Assembly (NCBI GenBank): GCA_965218295.1
Contig: CBDCKN010000012.1
Location: 178,871 to 242,870, forward strand
DNA length: 64,000 nt
Reading direction: 5' to 3'
Source: Longimicrobiales bacterium
GTDB taxonomy: Bacteria > Gemmatimonadota > Gemmatimonadetes > Longimicrobiales > Gaopeijiaceae
Of this stretch, positions 60,070 to 64,000 are shown piece by piece; the stretch's first letter is position 1, and each line of letters begins with the position of its first letter. A model generated the notes under the pieces. That model saw only the letters and a list, made by a program, of their open reading frames with translations, did no database searches and was not told the origin of the DNA. The position numbers and the translations under genes are program-made.

Positions 60070-61113
60070 ATGGCAGTGCCAGCGGGCGAAGTGCTGATCC
60101 TGGACACCAACACCTTTGTGGCCGAGATCGGCCTGACGTCGAGGCGCGGGTCAGCGCTCAAGCACTACCTTTCGCGTCGGGGGATGCAGTTGGTCGTGCC
60201 GGAAGTCGTCGCTGAAGAGTGCGAACGGCACTTGACCAGGCGTGCAAGGGAGAAGCGAGCGACAGTCGAGGCGAATCTGCAATGGCTCGGACGGTTCTGC
60301 GGTGAAGTGAATGGTTGGCAGGGCCCAAACGATGAGACCATAGAACAACGTGCCAAGGCGCTTGCCCGCGCGGAGCATCTAGGCGCTGTCGTCGTTCGCG
60401 AAACCCTCGGGGTGCGCGGCCGCGCAGATTCGAGGCATCAGGCCGAGCAGCCGCCCAGCCATCGGAAGTCCCAGTTGTCGGATTGCAGAATCTGGGAACA
60501 GTGCATGGAACTGCTGGTCAGGTGCCATGTCGTCTTCGTGTCGGGTGATCACGATTTTCTTGGACTCCGCGAGCCCGACAGGCTGCATCCGGCGTTGCGG
60601 GCCGAGGCTGAAGCAATCGCCGGAGATCGGAGCTGGGCGTTTCACCGGACCATGGGGTCCCTGCTTGGGGAACTCAGGAGTGAGATACAACCGATCCCGG
60701 ATGATGTGGTGTTCGCCTTCATCTACCAGTCGATCGCCTCGGATGTCGAGAAGCTGGCATCGAGGAGTGGCTGCCACCCCAAGCGGGTCGGCCAGGTCAA
60801 GCAGACACTACTGACGACGGATGAGGCCGAGGTCCTTGAGGTCCGTCTGGAGATAGCAGACATCTGGCAGAGCGCTGATGCGGCGAAGACGATGGACTTC
60901 CGCTTTTCAGGCTCGTTTCACTACCGTCTGACGGAGGAAGTGCCCTGCGACCTAATGGCTTCGAGGGTGTCGCTATTAGCACGGCAGTCCGATGGATCGG
61001 TTCGCGCCGTGAAAGGTTCTTATGTGACAGCAAGTGCAGGAGGCATACACCTCGGCGCGCCGCCTATCCGACCGGAGCCCGAAGAATTAGGGACATGGGT
61101 CAGCACAGATTGA
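60070..61113 (+). CDS. PIN-domain protein (DUF4935-like)
   Basis: ILDTN; VPEVVAEE; DCRIWE; FVSGDHDF. Confidence 0.8.
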   Translation: MAVPAGEVLILDTNTFVAEIGLTSRRGSALKHYLSRRGMQLVVPEVVAEECERHLTRRAREKRATVEANLQWLGRFCGEVNGWQGPNDETIEQRAKALARAEHLGAVVVRETLGVRGRADSRHQAEQPPSHRKSQLSDCRIWEQCMELLVRCHVVFVSGDHDFLGLREPDRLHPALRAEAEAIAGDRSWAFHRTMGSLLGELRSEIQPIPDDVVFAFIYQSIASDVEKLASRSGCHPKRVGQVKQTLLTTDEAEVLEVRLEIADIWQSADAAKTMDFRFSGSFHYRLTEEVPCDLMASRVSLLARQSDGSVRAVKGSYVTASAGGIHLGAPPIRPEPEELGTWVSTD

Positions 61114-61428
61114 GTTGCTGTGAATCGTAGTAGCCGCGAGCGGAACAGCTAGTATGCGCCCGACGGCTCGGCGCGCGTCCCCCTCCCAGCTTCCTTCCCA
61201 GTGATTGCCGCCAGGGAGGCCTCGGCTCGGGAGCCTGCTTGGTCGCGAACGCAAAGCAGACCGCGGGGGAAGGAGAAGTCCCGCTTCTGCCTGGTACCGC
61301 TGGGGCAGTCGTACCGTGGTGGCGTTCCGGGAGGAACCATCGATACGGTGAAGGGGGGAGGTACCTCCCCCCTTCGGCCCTCCCCATACATCGTGAACCG
61401 TGAACGAAGAAACAAGGACAGCATACCC

Positions 61429-62280
61429 ATGACCGAACGCGACGACTCCACAACTTCCGTCGAGGAATACCTCCAGTATATGTGTGACCATGCAGGAGTC
61501 GGCCTCGAGGAGATCACCGACCGAGACATCGGCGAAGGAGTCCTTGAACCGGACTTCCGGTCTCAGTTGTTCGCGATCCGCATCGTCCTGGAACGCAATG
61601 ACGAGGCCGAAGAGAAGGTCTCGGCGGAGATCAAGAAACTCGAGGCCGATATCCGGGAACGCGGTGGCAACTCATGGATGATAGATCATTGGGTCGACAA
61701 GCTGCACAGCTCCACGTTTCTTGATGCTACGCACAGCATGGCGGCTGTTGGCTTGATAGCCCCGCTCATGGAGTCCCTGTTTGATCGGGCTTTCCTCTAC
61801 CTGAAGCATGCCATAGGGGAGTCGTATTCACTGGATAGCGGCCATGAACGTTGGCAACTCGACGATCGATGGAACCCTCGCTACGTGTGGAAGAACGGGC
61901 GTCAATCTCGAGACATCGCCAAAGGAATCGTGCAGCTTGCCCAAGCTATCGATTTGAAGAAGCACCTTCCTGACGATCTCCAGAGAACCTTGTCGGTTCT
62001 CTTTGAGTATCGCAACAAGATGTTCCATTTCGGTCTCGAATGGCCCAACAAGGATCTGAAGGACTTTGCTAACTTGATTAAGTCGAACGGATGGACGGAT
62101 TGCTTCACAAGAGCCGAATCAGATGGGGATCCTTGGATCTTCTATATGTCAAGGGATTTCATCGGGCACTGCCTAGATACCGTGGATGAGGTCATCGAGG
62201 GCGTCGGCGCGCGCGTACGCCTGTCTTGGGCGGACGACACACCCGGCCTCGCCGAAGTCAGTTCTACGCTGCTGTCTTGA
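61429..62280 (+). CDS. HEPN-like protein
   Basis: LMESLF and EYRNKMFH (RxxxxH); start refined to ATG at 61429. Confidence 0.6.
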   Translation: MTERDDSTTSVEEYLQYMCDHAGVGLEEITDRDIGEGVLEPDFRSQLFAIRIVLERNDEAEEKVSAEIKKLEADIRERGGNSWMIDHWVDKLHSSTFLDATHSMAAVGLIAPLMESLFDRAFLYLKHAIGESYSLDSGHERWQLDDRWNPRYVWKNGRQSRDIAKGIVQLAQAIDLKKHLPDDLQRTLSVLFEYRNKMFHFGLEWPNKDLKDFANLIKSNGWTDCFTRAESDGDPWIFYMSRDFIGHCLDTVDEVIEGVGARVRLSWADDTPGLAEVSSTLLS

Positions 62281-62400
62281 CCTCCTTCCTGGCTGAGGGC
62301 TTGCGGGTGCGCCCGGCCACGGAGCAGGGCAGCAGACTGCGTGCGGGCTCACCGCACCGGGGCGAGACTGGGGGGCGGCGACATTGCGCGCCTCGAGGGT

Positions 62401-63630
62401 TCAACGGGTCGATCTGGCCTCCCGGCCTCCGTTCCCACCTGCCACATAGTTCGCCCATTCCTCCATGAGCCGCCGCCGCCGCTCGAACAGGTCCGTGCGC
62501 CTGTAGGCGGCCTCGACCTGGTTGCGAACCATGTGTGCCAGCGCCGCCTCCGCCACCTCGCGCGGGTGGTCGGTCTCCTCGGCGGCCCAGTCCCGGAACG
62601 AAGACCGGAAGCCGTGCGGCACCGCCTTGATCCCGAGCCTCTTGAGCAGTCGGGACATCGCGGTATTGGAGAGCGGGTTTCCGCGCATCGGGAACACGAG
62701 CGGACTACCTCGACCCACCGCCCTCGCCTCCCCGAGGATCTCCAACGCGCGACGAGAGAGGGGGACCCGGTGCTCGCGGTTCGTCTTCGTGCGCGGGGCC
62801 GGAATGGTCCACACCCCATGGTCCACGTCGATCTCCGTCCACGCAGCCCCGCGGACCTCGCCGCCGCGGGTCGCTGTCAGCACCAGGAATTCGAACGCCA
62901 GCTTCACGAGCGGCTTCGAGGTCGAGGCCCGCACCTTTCCGATCGCGGACGCAACCTCGGCGTGCGGCAACGCCCGCATGTGTTGCACGACGTACTTCTG
63001 CGCGCCGAGCGCCGGGCCGATCCGGTCGCAGGGGTTGTCCGGCCGGATCTCCATCGCGACGGCCCATTCCATGACCGCCCGGATGCGCTGGCGGAGCTTC
63101 CGGGCGGTGGTCGCCTTCTGGTGCCAGATCGGAGCCAGAATCCCGATCACGTCGGCGCTCGTCACCTCCGAGACCGGCGTCTCGCCGATTCGGGGGAAGA
63201 CATGGCGCTCCAAACTGCTCAGCCATAGCCGGGCATGGTGGGGGGAGCGCCACCCCGGACTCAGTTGATCCCGGAGCCGCCGCGCAGCCTCGGCGAAGGT
63301 GGGCATCGACTTGGCCCGCCGCTTCTCGGACAGGGGGTCGCCACCCTCGCGGGCCAGCTTCCGGTTCGCGAACGCCTTCTCGCGGGCCTCCTTCAGAGAG
63401 ACCAGAGGGTATCCGCCGAGCCCGAACTCGGTTCGGCGGCCCCGGATCGTCAGGCGCTGAATCCAGCCCCGGCTCCCCGTGGGCCGGACATCGAGATAGA
63501 GGCCGTTCCCGTCGCAGTACCGTCCCGCCCGGCTCACGTTGCGCACGAAGGCCGGCGTGAGCGCGTTGTGCGGATGCTGGCCGCGCGGCTTGCGTTTCGG
63601 AGGTCGTCTCGAGAGCGGCATACCCACCAT
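62401..63630 (-). CDS. int: P4-like tyrosine integrase of island B
   Basis: DGNGLYL arm-binding domain; TATRGGEVR; PHGFRSSFRDW; ALAH; AYRR; start at 63630 or 63621. Confidence 0.95.
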   Translation of the reverse strand: MVGMPLSRRPPKRKPRGQHPHNALTPAFVRNVSRAGRYCDGNGLYLDVRPTGSRGWIQRLTIRGRRTEFGLGGYPLVSLKEAREKAFANRKLAREGGDPLSEKRRAKSMPTFAEAARRLRDQLSPGWRSPHHARLWLSSLERHVFPRIGETPVSEVTSADVIGILAPIWHQKATTARKLRQRIRAVMEWAVAMEIRPDNPCDRIGPALGAQKYVVQHMRALPHAEVASAIGKVRASTSKPLVKLAFEFLVLTATRGGEVRGAAWTEIDVDHGVWTIPAPRTKTNREHRVPLSRRALEILGEARAVGRGSPLVFPMRGNPLSNTAMSRLLKRLGIKAVPHGFRSSFRDWAAEETDHPREVAEAALAHMVRNQVEAAYRRTDLFERRRRLMEEWANYVAGGNGGREARSTR

Positions 63631-63772
63631 TATATCAGCCACAATGTGGCGGATGCAAGGGGACGGCAGAGAACACCCACGGATCGCATCCAACCCTACA
63701 TGTTCATTATAACTCAATGTATTCAAGCCACTTGTGTACGATATGGGACCTGTCTGGATGATCAGGTTATCC

Positions 63773-63970
63773 ATAGGCTTGCTGCCAGAACGGCTCGCGG
63801 CTCTTGCCGAAGAGCTGGTTGATCAGGGATGAGACGCTGTATGCGAGCGAGTAAGTGTCGAGCAGCGGATCGTCGAGCGGGTTCCACTGCCAGGCGCCGT
63901 CGAGGCCGATCTCCAGGTAGTCGTCGGCGCGTCCGGCGTTCTCGAGGATCCTCCGCACGTCGTGGCAGAA
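63773..63970 (-). pseudogene. virD4: virD4 5' segment (partial)
   Basis: FCHDVRRIL...WNPLDDP...GKSREPFWQQAY joins 45830-45771 through the 23-bp repeat. Confidence 0.85.
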
Positions 63971-64000
63971 GCAGGGATCAATCTTCGCAAGTCCCGATGG

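Larger units (their letters stand above)
45808..63795. mobile_element. Island B: integrative mobilizable element in virD4
   Basis: 23-bp direct repeat ATAGGCTTGCTGCCAGAACGGCT at 45808-45830 and 63773-63795; integrase at the right end; mob module. Confidence 0.92.

Overview
GC-rich bacterial accessory DNA. The giant FN3/SwmB/Calx-beta autotransporter suggests a marine host-associated bacterium, which is inference only. The backbone is part of a conjugative element on the minus strand: virD4-like coupling protein, virB11-like ATPase, small acidic ORF, ardC, replication-relaxation-like gene, 3320-aa adhesin and alpA. The virD4-like gene is split into three in-frame pieces by two independent tyrosine-integrase islands inserted 30 bp apart. 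Island A (22475-45777, 7-bp core GCCGGTG) carries a Zorya-like zorA-zorB motor coupled to an atypical UPF1-like helicase/Vsr-type nuclease, with zorB interrupted by an IS3-family element. It also carries a PrlF/MazF-like TA pair, McrBC, a HEPN-LprI fusion and a GIY-YIG/YaaA-like pair. Island B (45808-63795, 23-bp direct repeat) is an integrative mobilizable element with a ColE1-like mob module and oriT, a fused type IIG RM enzyme, and HNH, SLATT-like, PIN and HEPN genes. An IS66-family element carrying a DUF4338 gene occurs as two full copies and one partial copy. No rRNA, tRNA or CRISPR array was seen. All family assignments come from motif recognition by eye; no searches were run.
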